Of a DNA stretch of 64,000 nt, positions 26,584 to 36,549 are shown piece after piece. Source of the stretch: Candidatus Tepidifontimicrobium thermophilum (lineage in GTDB: Bacteria; Sysuimicrobiota; Sysuimicrobiia; Sysuimicrobiales; Sysuimicrobiaceae). The notes under the pieces were generated by a model. It searched no databases. It was not told where the DNA came from and saw only the letters and a list, made by a program, of their open reading frames with translations. The position numbers and the translations under genes were made by a program. Position 1 is the stretch's first letter. Each line of letters begins with the position of its first letter. Location: contig JAVKHO010000004.1 in the NCBI GenBank assembly GCA_031459915.1, positions 120,858 through 184,857 of the forward strand, in the 5' to 3' direction.

Positions 26584-28438
26584 ACAGACCCTTCGGCAGC
26601 ACCACCAGAGCGTCGCTCACGGGACGCTCGCCTCCCTCGTCCGAGGGACGGTTCAGCACCGCTCCGCCCACCACCAGGGTCGTGGAGCCACCGCCGTCCA
26701 GGTTGACGGCGTCCACGGCCCCCAGGCTCACCAGCTCCCGGGCCAGCTCGGACAGGGTCATGCCCAAGCTGTGCTCCGGCCACCGGCCGTCCACCACCAC
26801 CAACAGCAGGCTGCCGTCCGCGGCCACGCCCGCGGCGGTACGCGGGTGCCGGCGGTCCCGGAAACCCTCCGGGAAGCCCTCGTGGGACGGGCCGGCCACG
26901 CCTCCGGAGGCCAGACGCGGCCCGCCGCACACCACGTGGCGGACGTTGTGCCACCGTGGGTCGCCCGAGGCGGGCCGAAGGGAAAGGGTCACCCGCACGG
27001 GATCCCCGGGGCGGAGGACCTCCAGGGCGGCGGCCACGGAGCCGCCGGCGGAAAGCACGGAGCCGTCGGAGGGGATCGGGCTGCTGCCGCCGGATCGGAC
27101 TTCGCGGACGATTCCCCCTACCACCAAGACTTCGACTCCAGAAGGGTCGGCAGGGGTGGTACCCCCGTAGCGAGGCGTGAACAGGATCACCTCGCCCGCT
27201 CTGCGCCTGCGGTTCAACCCGGAAAGCCGCAGCGCGCCAGCCGGGGTCAGCACCTCGCCGTACCAGTCCAGGGCGTCCACCAGTGCGACTCCGTCCCCCA
27301 ACCCCAGGCACGACCGTCCCGGTGTAGGCTCGCTGACCCACTCCCCATCAATGACGAGCCCCCCCAGGGGGTCGCCGTCGGGAGCGAAGAACCCGCCGTT
27401 CGTGGCCGCCACCGCGCCCGCGCGCCTGGCCATGTCCGAAGTCCGCTCCCGTCCCGGGACCCGATCCCGGGCCAGCACCGGGCGCACCTCGAACCTCCGG
27501 GGATCCACCCGCAAGGCTGCGACCCACTGAGGCACGGAAAGTCGCTCGAGGTCCCGCACCGTGGACAGCACCCACGTGGGCAGCCCCTCCATCTTCAGAC
27601 GCTGTGCCAGCTCCCCCGCTTCCTGACGCGTAGCGAAGGAGCCTACCCGGACTTTGTACAGCCCGTCCACCTCGTCCACGAACGCCACGAGCCCAGCCGA
27701 CCGCATGCGGTCCGCCAGCCGCCGGGCGTTGTCGGGGTTCGCGAAGGCCCCTACCTGCACCCGCCAGACGGGCAGCGTGCGCAGCGCGCCCCGCTTTTCA
27801 ACCACCACCGACACCCCCGGCGCCAGCTCCTGCTCGTACCTCAGCCGCACGCCCTCTTCCACCGCCCTCAGGTACGCCCACAGGAGGCTTGCGGCCTCCG
27901 CACGGGTGATGAAGCGGTCACGCTGCGGGGCACCCCAGGGCTCCTGCAGCAGGGGCGGTTCGGTCCGGGCGGCCAGGAGAAGGGGGGCACTGGAGGGGTC
28001 GGCATTGGTCCGGACGGCCAGCCAGCTGGCCTCCCACGTGTAGCCCAGAGCCCGCACCACCCAGTCCACCGCCTCAGCCCGTCGCAGGGGCTCGTGCGGC
28101 CGGAACCGGCTCTCCTCCGGCAGCAGCCCGTAGCGGGCAGCGGCTTCCACGAAGGCTGCCTCCGGGCTGGAAACCTGTACGTCGGGGTAGCTGGGCCGGT
28201 CCGGACGGACCGCAGGCAACCCTCGCGCGGTCACCAGCCACCGGACGAACCGCGCGCGCGTCAGGGTGGACTCGGGTCGGAACAGGCCGTCCGGGTCGGT
28301 GTCGACCACCCGGCGCTCCAAGAGCACCTGGATCCGCGACGCGGCCCAGCTGCCGGCCAGGTCAGGGGGCCCGGACTGTGCCCACGCCCAGGACAGCGCC
28401 GTCCCGGTAACCCACAGGACAACCCCAAGACGCCGCAC
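26507..28438 (-). CDS. Secreted SLH + SPOR + phosphodiester-glycosidase (NAGPA-like) protein
   Basis: Signal peptide; SLH repeats (FRPESTLTRA, FRPHEPLRRAEA, ITRAEAA); SPOR (VQVGAFAN..YKVRVGSF); NGGFF, RHPRTAAG, VDGR, NLDGGGST. Confidence 0.85.
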   Translation of the reverse strand: MRRLGVVLWVTGTALSWAWAQSGPPDLAGSWAASRIQVLLERRVVDTDPDGLFRPESTLTRARFVRWLVTARGLPAVRPDRPSYPDVQVSSPEAAFVEAAARYGLLPEESRFRPHEPLRRAEAVDWVVRALGYTWEASWLAVRTNADPSSAPLLLAARTEPPLLQEPWGAPQRDRFITRAEAASLLWAYLRAVEEGVRLRYEQELAPGVSVVVEKRGALRTLPVWRVQVGAFANPDNARRLADRMRSAGLVAFVDEVDGLYKVRVGSFATRQEAGELAQRLKMEGLPTWVLSTVRDLERLSVPQWVAALRVDPRRFEVRPVLARDRVPGRERTSDMARRAGAVAATNGGFFAPDGDPLGGLVIDGEWVSEPTPGRSCLGLGDGVALVDALDWYGEVLTPAGALRLSGLNRRRRAGEVILFTPRYGGTTPADPSGVEVLVVGGIVREVRSGGSSPIPSDGSVLSAGGSVAAALEVLRPGDPVRVTLSLRPASGDPRWHNVRHVVCGGPRLASGGVAGPSHEGFPEGFRDRRHPRTAAGVAADGSLLLVVVDGRWPEHSLGMTLSELARELVSLGAVDAVNLDGGGSTTLVVGGAVLNRPSDEGGERPVSDALVVLPKGLSIPPSRPAGRWAGTGRQPWPPPPGP

Positions 28439-28517
28439 GGGAGTCCGCTTCGCGGGTCCCGGCGCAGGGTCCTGCGGGAGGGAAGCGACGGACAGAACCG
28501 AAGTGTAACCTAAGCAA

Positions 28518-29504
28518 GTGGTAGAGCTGCGGACCTCCTACGCGCAGGACCTGCGCCTGGTGTCCGGCTGGACGGGCTGGGCCGGGTTGCTCCTGTTAGG
28601 CGGCGGGCTTGTCCTCCTGCCCCTGGTCGCCCCGCGCTACGCGCTTTACGTCGTCACCCTGGCCGCGGTCCACGCGGTGGTGGCGGTGGGGCTGAACTTG
28701 TTGGTGGGGTACACGGGCCAGATCTCCCTGGGTCACGCCGGGTTCTTCGCGGTGGGTGCCTACACCCACGGGTTGCTGCTGACCCGCCTGGGATGGAGCT
28801 TTCTGCCCTCCCTGATTAGCGCCGCGGTCACGAGCGCCCTGTTCGGATACGCGGTGGGCCTTCCGGCCCTCCGGCTTACAGGTCCCTACCTGGCCGTGGC
28901 TACCCTGGCCTTCGGACTGGCCGTGCACCAGGTGCTGGTCAACTGGGAGGCGCTGTCCGGCGGCCGGTCAGGGCTGTTCCTGCCCGACGTGCAGCTGGCC
29001 GGCGTCTCCCTCAAGGACGAGCGGGCGCTGTACTGGACGGTGCTGGCGGTGGCCGGCTTGCTGGTGTGGGTGGCGGTGCGGCTGGTCCGGTCGTACGTGG
29101 GCCGTGCGTGGGTGGCCATCCGGGACAGTGATGTGGCGGCGGAGGTGTCAGGGGTGAACCTCACCCGCTACAAGACCCTGGCCTTCGCCCTCAGCGCCTC
29201 GTACACGGGGGTCGCGGGAGCCCTCATGGGGCACGTGGTGGGCTTCCTGGAGCCCCAGCTGTTCACCCTCTTCGAGTCCGTGTACTTCTTCTCCATGGTG
29301 GTGGTGGGCGGGCTCGCCTCCATCAGCGGCAGCATCCTGGGAGCGGTCGTCCTCACCCTGCTCCCCCAGGCGCTGTCGGGGATGGGGGAAGTGCTCAACG
29401 TGCTGTACGGGGCCGCGGTGATCCTCGTTTTGCGGTTCGAGCCGGGCGGGCTCGCCGCCCGGTGGTTGCGGATCCAGCGGTACTGGAGGACCTGGCCCCT
29501 GTGA
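28518..29504 (+). CDS. Liv/HAAT-family ABC transporter permease (LivM-like)
   Basis: GLNLLVGYTGQISLGHAGF, GPYLAVATL, GRAWVAIRD. Confidence 0.92.
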   Translation: MVELRTSYAQDLRLVSGWTGWAGLLLLGGGLVLLPLVAPRYALYVVTLAAVHAVVAVGLNLLVGYTGQISLGHAGFFAVGAYTHGLLLTRLGWSFLPSLISAAVTSALFGYAVGLPALRLTGPYLAVATLAFGLAVHQVLVNWEALSGGRSGLFLPDVQLAGVSLKDERALYWTVLAVAGLLVWVAVRLVRSYVGRAWVAIRDSDVAAEVSGVNLTRYKTLAFALSASYTGVAGALMGHVVGFLEPQLFTLFESVYFFSMVVVGGLASISGSILGAVVLTLLPQALSGMGEVLNVLYGAAVILVLRFEPGGLAARWLRIQRYWRTWPL

Positions 29505-30376
29505 CGCTGCTGCTCCAGTACGTGGCGAACGGTCTGGCGGCGGGCAGCCTGTACGCCCTGGTGGCGCTCGGGATCGTCTTGCTGTACCGGTGCTCGCGGG
29601 TCCTCAACTTCGCCCACGGCGACCTGGCCACGCTGGGGGTGTTCTTCGCGTTCAGCGGCCTAACGCGCGGCTGGCCTTACGGCCTGGCCCTCCTGGGCGG
29701 TCTTGCAGGCGCCGCGGCGGTGTCCGCGGCCTTCTACCGTTTGTTGATCAAGCCGGTCCGGCAGGCCACCGCCCTCAGCCTGGTCATCACGACCCTGGGG
29801 TTCGCCCTGTTCCTCAGTGGCGTGATGGTGTGGGTGTGGGGCACGGACACCAAGGTGTTTCCCTTCCCGCTGTCCGAGGTCCGCGTGTTTCGTCTCGGTG
29901 GGGTCGTGGTGAGCGAGCTCACCGCTGGCTCCCTGGCGGTGGGCCTGGTGCTGGTGGCGGGACTTTCGGCGCTGGTGCAGAGGACCCGGCTGGGCCTGGC
30001 CATGCGGGCGGTGGCGCAGAACCCGGTGGCCGCGCAGCTGCTGGGAGTGCCGGCAGGCCAGGTACTGGCGGCCACGTGGGCTGTGGCCGGCGCTCTGGGC
30101 GCAGCCGCGGGGATGTTGCTGGCACCCGCGGTGCTGCTGGACCCCTTCATGATGCTGGACCCGTTCCTCAAGGGGTTCGCCGCCGCGGTCCTCGGGGGCA
30201 TGGACAGCCTGCCCGGGGCGGTCGCGGGCGGCCTGATTTTGGGGCTAGCGGAGAGTGTGTTCGCCGGGTACGTCTCGGTGAAGTACAAGGCCACCTTGAG
30301 TTTCGTGGTGATCGTGGCGGTGCTGCTGGTCCGACCCGAGGGGCTGCTCGGCCGGCCCTTCCACCGACGGGTTTAG
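29501..30376 (+). CDS. Liv/HAAT-family ABC transporter permease (LivH-like)
   Basis: GSLYALVALG..VLNFAHG, GLAMRAVAQN, AAVLGG, RPEGLLG; GTGA overlap with the previous gene. Confidence 0.92.
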   Translation: MTLLLQYVANGLAAGSLYALVALGIVLLYRCSRVLNFAHGDLATLGVFFAFSGLTRGWPYGLALLGGLAGAAAVSAAFYRLLIKPVRQATALSLVITTLGFALFLSGVMVWVWGTDTKVFPFPLSEVRVFRLGGVVVSELTAGSLAVGLVLVAGLSALVQRTRLGLAMRAVAQNPVAAQLLGVPAGQVLAATWAVAGALGAAAGMLLAPAVLLDPFMMLDPFLKGFAAAVLGGMDSLPGAVAGGLILGLAESVFAGYVSVKYKATLSFVVIVAVLLVRPEGLLGRPFHRRV

Positions 30377-30440
30377 CCCTCGCGGGCGGGCACGGCGCCC
30401 GTTAGTCTAGAAAGCAGAGACCAAAAGGGGGAGGGAGATC

Positions 30441-31613
30441 ATGCGGACGGCGGCGTGGCTGTGTGCGGTGGTGCTGCTGGCTTTGCCCTTGAGCACCGGC
30501 GCGCAGGAACGGGGCGTGACCGCCGACGAGGTGGTCATCGGGACGTCGATGCCTCTGAGCGGCCCCGCAGCGTACTGGGGCGCGGTGGGCCGCGGCATGG
30601 AGGCGTACGCCCGGTACCTGAACGACCAGGGAGGGATCCACGGCCGGCGGCTGCGGGTGGTGGTGCGGGACGACAGCTACCTGCCTCCGAGGGCGGCGGC
30701 CAACGTGCGGGAGCTGGTGGAACGGGTGGGGGTGTTCGCCATCGTGGGCCTCATCGGGACCGCCAACGCGTTCGCGGTCCGCGACTACATCGTGCGCAAC
30801 GAGGTGGTGTGGATCAGCCCCACCGCGGACGCCACGATCTGGTACGGGTTCCGCGACAAGAAGTACCTGTTCGTCACCTACCCCTCTTACGTGGAGGAGG
30901 CCAAGATCCTCGTGGACTACGCAGCCCGGCAGCTGGGGGCCAAGAGCATCGCGGTCTTCTACCAGAACGACCTTTACGGACAGAAGGGGCTGTTGGGCGC
31001 CAAGCAAGGGGCGGCGCGGTCGCGGGTCCGCATCACCGCCCAGGTCCCCTACGAGGTCACCCAGGCGGACGTGAGCTCGGAGGCAGTGAAGCTACGGGAG
31101 TCCCGGGCGGACGCGGTGCTGCTGTACGCCACCCCGCGCCACGGCGCCCTCATCGTACGGGAGATGGCCAAGATCGGCTACACGCCCAAGCTGCTGAGCT
31201 CGTTCACCCTGGGAGACCCCATCATGTTCGCCCTGGCGGGGGAGGCGTGGAACGGGGTGATCTCCACCGGCTTCTTCCCCCTGCCGGGCACCGGCGACAG
31301 CCGGGTGGACGAGGCCCTGGCGATCCTCACCCGCGTGGACCCGGCGCTGCGCACCAACCCCTTCAACGCCCTGGCGGGCTGGGCGTTCATGGAGCCGTTC
31401 GTGGAGGGCCTCCGCCGGGCAGGCCGGGAGCTCACCAAGGAGCGGTTCGTCACCGCCATGGAGAGCATCCGGAACTGGGACGGCCAGGTGATCCGGGGCG
31501 TGACCTTCGGGCCGGACCGCCGGCAGGGCACCAACCGGGTCTTCCTCACCCGGGCGGAGGGCGGCCGGTACACGCGCCTGTCGGACTGGATCAGCTACCC
31601 CACGGGCTTCTGA
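30441..31613 (+). CDS. Liv/HAAT-family ABC substrate-binding protein
   Basis: Signal peptide, GVTADEVVIG..PLSGPAA, NDQGGIHGR..DDSY. Confidence 0.92.
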   Translation: MRTAAWLCAVVLLALPLSTGAQERGVTADEVVIGTSMPLSGPAAYWGAVGRGMEAYARYLNDQGGIHGRRLRVVVRDDSYLPPRAAANVRELVERVGVFAIVGLIGTANAFAVRDYIVRNEVVWISPTADATIWYGFRDKKYLFVTYPSYVEEAKILVDYAARQLGAKSIAVFYQNDLYGQKGLLGAKQGAARSRVRITAQVPYEVTQADVSSEAVKLRESRADAVLLYATPRHGALIVREMAKIGYTPKLLSSFTLGDPIMFALAGEAWNGVISTGFFPLPGTGDSRVDEALAILTRVDPALRTNPFNALAGWAFMEPFVEGLRRAGRELTKERFVTAMESIRNWDGQVIRGVTFGPDRRQGTNRVFLTRAEGGRYTRLSDWISYPTGF

Positions 31614-31621
31614 GCACCGGC

Positions 31622-32395
31622 GTGGGCGGGCGGCCACTCCTCCAGGTGGAGGGTGTGACCCTCCGGTTCGGAGGGGTGGCCGCCCTGCAGGACGTCAGCC
31701 TGGAGGTGCGGGCCGGGGAGCTAATAAGCGTCATCGGGCCCAACGGGGCCGGGAAGACCAGCCTGTTCAACTGCATCTGCGGGTTGTACCGACCGCAGCG
31801 CGGGCGTGTGGTGCTCGACGGCCGGGACATCACCCGGGCCTCGCCCGACGCCATCGCCCGGATGGGCGTGGCCCGCACCTTCCAGAACCTGGAGCTGTTC
31901 CGCGGGATGACGGTGCTCGACAACCTCCTGCTGGGCTGTCACCGCCACTTCCGCACCCCGGTGTGGGAGGTGGCGGTGTGGAGCCGCCGCGCGCGGGAGG
32001 AGGAGATCCGGCAGCGGGAGCGGGCGGAGGCCATCCTGGAGTTCCTGGAGCTCCAGGCCTACCGGGACCGCCCGGTGGCCGCGCTTCCGCACGGGGTCCA
32101 GAAGGTGGTCGAGCTGGGTCGGGCCCTCACTAGCCAGCCACGCCTTTTGCTCCTGGACGAACCCTCCGCGGGGCTCGTGGCGGAGGAGAAGGACGAGCTG
32201 AAGTACCGGCTGCAGGACGCCCGGCGGGTCTTCGGGCTCACCGTGGTGCTGGTGGAGCACGACCTCCGGATGGTCATGGACCTCTCGGAACGCGTGGTCG
32301 TCCTGGACCACGGGGAGGTCATCGCGCAGGGGCCGCCCGAGGTGGTGCAGCGGGATCCGAAGGTGGTGGAGGCGTACCTGGGCGTAGGGGCGTGA
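31622..32395 (+). CDS. ABC ATP-binding protein (LivG-like)
   Basis: FGGVAAL, GPNGAGKT, RTFQN, LLDEP, VEHD. Confidence 0.92.
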   Translation: MGGRPLLQVEGVTLRFGGVAALQDVSLEVRAGELISVIGPNGAGKTSLFNCICGLYRPQRGRVVLDGRDITRASPDAIARMGVARTFQNLELFRGMTVLDNLLLGCHRHFRTPVWEVAVWSRRAREEEIRQRERAEAILEFLELQAYRDRPVAALPHGVQKVVELGRALTSQPRLLLLDEPSAGLVAEEKDELKYRLQDARRVFGLTVVLVEHDLRMVMDLSERVVVLDHGEVIAQGPPEVVQRDPKVVEAYLGVGA

Positions 32396-33165
32396 CCGCA
32401 GAAGTCCTGTCCGTCAGGAACGTGGAGGCAGGCTACCGTAAGGGGCTGGTGGTCCTGCGAGGGGTTTCCCTGCAGGTACGGGAGGGCCAGGTGGTGGCCC
32501 TCCTGGGTAGCAACGGCGCGGGGAAGAGTACGCTGCTTCGGACGGTCATGGGCTTGATCCCCGACCAGCCCGAGAAGGGCGAGGTCACTTTCCGCGGGGT
32601 CCGCCTGAACGGGAAAGACCCGGACGCGATCACCCGCATGGGGCTGGCTCTCGTCCCCGAGGGCCGGGGGCTGTTTCCGGAACTCACGGTGGAGGAGAAC
32701 CTGCAGCTGGTGGGCTACGCGCGTCGGTACGGCCGGGCGGAGTACGACGCGGTGCTGGATCGGTTCCCCGTGCTCCGGGAGCGACTGTGGCAACAGGCGG
32801 GGACCCTCTCGGGAGGCGAGCAGCAGATGCTGGCCATCGCCCGGGCCCTGCTGCTGCGGCCGTCCCTGTTGTTGCTGGACGAGCCGTCCCTGGGCCTTGC
32901 GCCGCGGGTGGTGGCGCAGATCTTCTCCATCCTGGAGTCGTTGAACCGGGAGGGGATCCCCATCCTCCTGGTGGAGCAGAACGCCCGCATGGCCCTCCAG
33001 GTGGCCCACTACGGGTACGTCCTGGAGGCGGGCCGCCTGGTGCTGGAGGGGCCGGCGGAGCGGCTGCGGGAGGACCCCAACGTGCAGGAGCTTTACCTCG
33101 GTATCCAGCGGGAGCCCTCCCCCAAGGGATTCCGGCGGTGGCGGCCCCGCCGGCGGTGGGCGTGA
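32392..33165 (+). CDS. ABC ATP-binding protein (LivF-like)
   Basis: GSNGAGKS, VPEGR, LSGGEQQM, LDEPSLGLAP, VEQN. Confidence 0.93.
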   Translation: MTAEVLSVRNVEAGYRKGLVVLRGVSLQVREGQVVALLGSNGAGKSTLLRTVMGLIPDQPEKGEVTFRGVRLNGKDPDAITRMGLALVPEGRGLFPELTVEENLQLVGYARRYGRAEYDAVLDRFPVLRERLWQQAGTLSGGEQQMLAIARALLLRPSLLLLDEPSLGLAPRVVAQIFSILESLNREGIPILLVEQNARMALQVAHYGYVLEAGRLVLEGPAERLREDPNVQELYLGIQREPSPKGFRRWRPRRRWA

Positions 33166-33190
33166 ACCCGCGACGGTCGGACACCGGCCC

Positions 33191-35056
33191 TCAGCGGTAC
33201 AGGCTTTCGACCAGGTCGCGGTACTTCTCCACGATGGCCTTGCGCTTCACCTTCTGGGTGGGGGTGACCTCCCCGTCCTCCTGGTACAGCCGCTTGGGCA
33301 GCAGGGCAAACCGCTTCACCTGCTCGGGGTGGCTCAGCGACCGGTTCACCCGCTCCACCTCCTGGGCCACCAGCTCCCGCACCTGCTCGTTGCCGCTCAG
33401 GTCCGCGAAAGTGGAGAAGGGAATCCGCCGGTCCTGAGCCCACCGCGCCACGTTGTCCTCGTCGATGACGATCAGGGCCACCAGGTAGGGCCGCCGGTCG
33501 CCGACCACCACCGCGTCCTGGATGTAGGGACTGGTTTTCAGCAGGTTCTCCACGTACGCGGGCGCGATGTTCTTCCCGTACGCGGTCACGATCAGGTCCT
33601 TCTTACGGTCGGTGATCCGCAAGAAGCCGTCTTCGTCCATCTCCCCCACGTCCCCGGAGTGCAGCCATCCGTCCCGCAGCGCCTGCGCGGTGGCGTCCGG
33701 GTCCTTGAAGTAGCCGGCGAACACGTTGGGGCCGCGGACCAGGATCTCGCCGTCGGGGGCGATGCGGACCTCCACTCCGGGCAGGGGCTGGCCGACGGTA
33801 CCCAGCCGGATGCGGTCCCCCTGGTGGATGGTAGTCGGACCGCTACCTTCCGTCTGTCCGTACACCTCCCGGATCCGCACCCCCAGGGCGTGGTAGAACT
33901 CCAGGATCTCCGGAGCGATGGGGGCGGCCCCCGACACCGCGAACCGCACCCGGTCCAGCCCCAGACGGCGCCGGAGGGGGCGCAGCACCGCCAGCTCCGC
34001 CAGCGCGTGCGCGGCCCGCAGGGCGGGGGAGACGGCCTCGCCCGCCAGCCGCGCCAGGGCGTACTGCCGCCCGACCCGCAGGGCCGCCTCGTACGCGGCG
34101 CGCTTGAACGCGTCCACCTCCCGCATGTGCAGGGCGAGCTGCGAGTGCAGCTTTTCCCACAGCCGCGGGACCGCGAACAGGACGGTGGGACGCACCTCCT
34201 GCAGGTTCTGGAACAGGGTGTCGAGGCTCTCCGCGAAGTACACCGCGTACCCCCACACGAGGGGCAGGTACACGCTCAGCATGCGCTCCGCGATGTGCGA
34301 CAGGGGCAGGAAGGACAGCGCGGTGTCCGTGGGGTACAGGGCGTTGGCCTCGCCCAGGGCCTGCGCGGTCCACAGGAGGTTCCGGTGCGTCAGCATGGCC
34401 CCCTTCGGCGGGCCGGTGGTGCCCGAGGTGTACAGCAGGATAGCCACCTGATCCTCAGACGCCCTGCGGGCGAGGCGCTCCAGGCCCTCGGGGTCCCATG
34501 CGGCGCGGCCCAGGGCCCGTAGCTCGTCCAGGGTCAGGACCTGAGGGTCAGAGAACCCGGCTAGCCCCTCCGGGTCCGTGACCACGATGCGCTCCAGGTG
34601 CGGGAGCTGGCCTCGGACCTCCAGGGCCTTGTCGAGCTGTTCCTCGTCCTCCACGAAGAACACCCGGGCTTCGCTGTGCCCCAGGATATACGCACACTGC
34701 TCGGGCGGGTTGGTGGCGTACACCGCCACCGAGAGGCCCCCGGCCAGAAGGATCCCCATGTCGCAGAACAGCCATTCCGGCCGGTTGTTGCCGATGATGG
34801 CCGCGGCCTGGCCAGGCTGGAAGCCTAGGGCAAGCAGCCCGCAGGCCACCTCCTGCGCCGCGCGACCGTACTCCGCCCACGTGACCGGGTGCCACAGTCC
34901 CCTGCGCTTGTGCCACAGGGCCACCCGCGGGCCCCGCTCCCGCACCGCCCGCAGGAAGCGCTCCGGCACAGTACCCGTGGTGACCTGCTGGAGTTCGAGG
35001 GTCGCCACCTCAGCCTCACCCCACCCGCCGTCCGGGACGGCTTGCATTTCCTCCAC
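33191..35056 (-). CDS. Long-chain fatty acid-CoA ligase (AMP-binding)
   Basis: YTSGTTGPPKG, LPLSHIAER, YGQTE, GWLHSGDVG, DRKKDLI, TPTQKVKR. Confidence 0.93.
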   Translation of the reverse strand: MEEMQAVPDGGWGEAEVATLELQQVTTGTVPERFLRAVRERGPRVALWHKRRGLWHPVTWAEYGRAAQEVACGLLALGFQPGQAAAIIGNNRPEWLFCDMGILLAGGLSVAVYATNPPEQCAYILGHSEARVFFVEDEEQLDKALEVRGQLPHLERIVVTDPEGLAGFSDPQVLTLDELRALGRAAWDPEGLERLARRASEDQVAILLYTSGTTGPPKGAMLTHRNLLWTAQALGEANALYPTDTALSFLPLSHIAERMLSVYLPLVWGYAVYFAESLDTLFQNLQEVRPTVLFAVPRLWEKLHSQLALHMREVDAFKRAAYEAALRVGRQYALARLAGEAVSPALRAAHALAELAVLRPLRRRLGLDRVRFAVSGAAPIAPEILEFYHALGVRIREVYGQTEGSGPTTIHQGDRIRLGTVGQPLPGVEVRIAPDGEILVRGPNVFAGYFKDPDATAQALRDGWLHSGDVGEMDEDGFLRITDRKKDLIVTAYGKNIAPAYVENLLKTSPYIQDAVVVGDRRPYLVALIVIDEDNVARWAQDRRIPFSTFADLSGNEQVRELVAQEVERVNRSLSHPEQVKRFALLPKRLYQEDGEVTPTQKVKRKAIVEKYRDLVESLYR

Positions 35057-35094
35057 ACGGTAGAATACCCTGTGGAGGTCGGGAGGGAGACGCC

Positions 35095-35325
35095 ATGATC
35101 CGTCCGCCCATCGAGACGCTGCTGGAACGGGTGCCTAACAAGTACCTGCTGGTGATGCTGGCCGCCAAGCGGGCCCGCGAGCTGAGGTCCGGACAGCTGC
35201 CCCTGGTGGACGTGGACTCGCAGAACCCGGTCACCGTGGCCCTGGAGGAGATCGCGGCGGGACGGATCCGGCCGGAGATGCCGGAGTCCGTGGAGGCCAT
35301 CTTCGCCAACCTGCCCACCCCCTAG
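35095..35325 (+). CDS. rpoZ: RNA polymerase omega subunit
   Basis: NKYLLVMLAAKRARE..PVTVALEEI. Confidence 0.95.
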   Translation: MIRPPIETLLERVPNKYLLVMLAAKRARELRSGQLPLVDVDSQNPVTVALEEIAAGRIRPEMPESVEAIFANLPTP

Positions 35326-35351
35326 CTTCGAAAACCCTGGAGCCGGTCGGT

Positions 35352-36467
35352 TCAGGCCCGCAGGACCTCCTCCAAGGGCGTGAAGGCCAGGCCGTGGGCT
35401 TCCGCCACGCCCGGGTGAGTGACCCGGCCGTCGACCACGTTCAGCCCGCGCGCCAGGGCCGGGTCCTGCCGGCACGCTTCCCGCCAACCCTTCCGGGCCA
35501 GGGCGATGGCGTAGCCCACGGTGGCGTTGGTGAGCGCCACGGTGGACGTACGGGGGACCGCCGCGGGCATGTTGGTAACCCCGTAGTGGATCACGCCGCC
35601 CCACTCGTACACGGGCTGGCTGTGGCTGGTCGGCCGGATGGTCTCCACGCACCCGCCCTGGTCTACCGACACGTCCACGATCACCGACCCTGGCTTCATA
35701 GCACGGACCAAGTCCGCGGGTACCAGCTTGGGGGTGCGGGCGCCCGGGACCAGCACGGCACCGATGAGCACGTCCGCGTAGGCCACCGCCTGTTCCACTG
35801 TGTACGGGTTGCTGGCCAGCACCTGGATGCGACCGTGCAGGATGTCGTCCAGGTGGGCCATCCGCCGCGGGTTCCGCTCCAGGACGGTGACCTGGGCACC
35901 CATCCCCAGGGCCACCTTGGCCGCGTTGGTCCCCACCACCCCACCGCCCAGCACCACCACGGTTCCGGGGGCCACACCCGTGACCCCTCCCAGCAGGGTG
36001 CCCTTCCCGCCCTGCGTGCGCTTGAGGTAGTAGCTGGCCTCCTGCACCGCCAGCTTGCCCGCCACCTCACTCATGGGCGTAAGCAGAGGTAGCTCTCCGT
36101 CCGGCAACTGGACGGTCTCGTACGCCAGCCCCACCGCCCCGGAACGCAGCAGCGCGTGGGTGAGCGCCTCGTCCGCAGCTAGGTGGAGGTAGGTGAACAG
36201 CACCAGCCCCCGGCGCAGGTACCCGTACTCCTCGGGCAGAGGCTCCTTGACCTTCATCACCAGCTCGCAGCCCCACGCTTCCGCCGGGTCCCGGGTGATG
36301 CGGGCTCCCCGGCGCACGTACTCCTCGTCCGAGAACCCGCTGCCTTCACCCGCGCCAGACTCCACCACCACCTGACAGCCGGCCTCCACCAGCTGCATCA
36401 CGCCCGCCGGGGTCAGGCCCACCCGGTACTCGCCGTCCTTGCGCTCCCTCGGCACCCCCACCCTCAT
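35352..36467 (-). CDS. ald: Alanine dehydrogenase
   Basis: [46 protein letters not shown]. Confidence 0.96.
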   Translation of the reverse strand: MRVGVPRERKDGEYRVGLTPAGVMQLVEAGCQVVVESGAGEGSGFSDEEYVRRGARITRDPAEAWGCELVMKVKEPLPEEYGYLRRGLVLFTYLHLAADEALTHALLRSGAVGLAYETVQLPDGELPLLTPMSEVAGKLAVQEASYYLKRTQGGKGTLLGGVTGVAPGTVVVLGGGVVGTNAAKVALGMGAQVTVLERNPRRMAHLDDILHGRIQVLASNPYTVEQAVAYADVLIGAVLVPGARTPKLVPADLVRAMKPGSVIVDVSVDQGGCVETIRPTSHSQPVYEWGGVIHYGVTNMPAAVPRTSTVALTNATVGYAIALARKGWREACRQDPALARGLNVVDGRVTHPGVAEAHGLAFTPLEEVLRA

Positions 36468-36549
36468 GGGCACCTTTGAAGCTTCCACGCAGGCCGGCTT
36501 GCCTCCTGGTGGTACCATCGCGCCGGACCCCGACCGCGGGAGGACCCAA

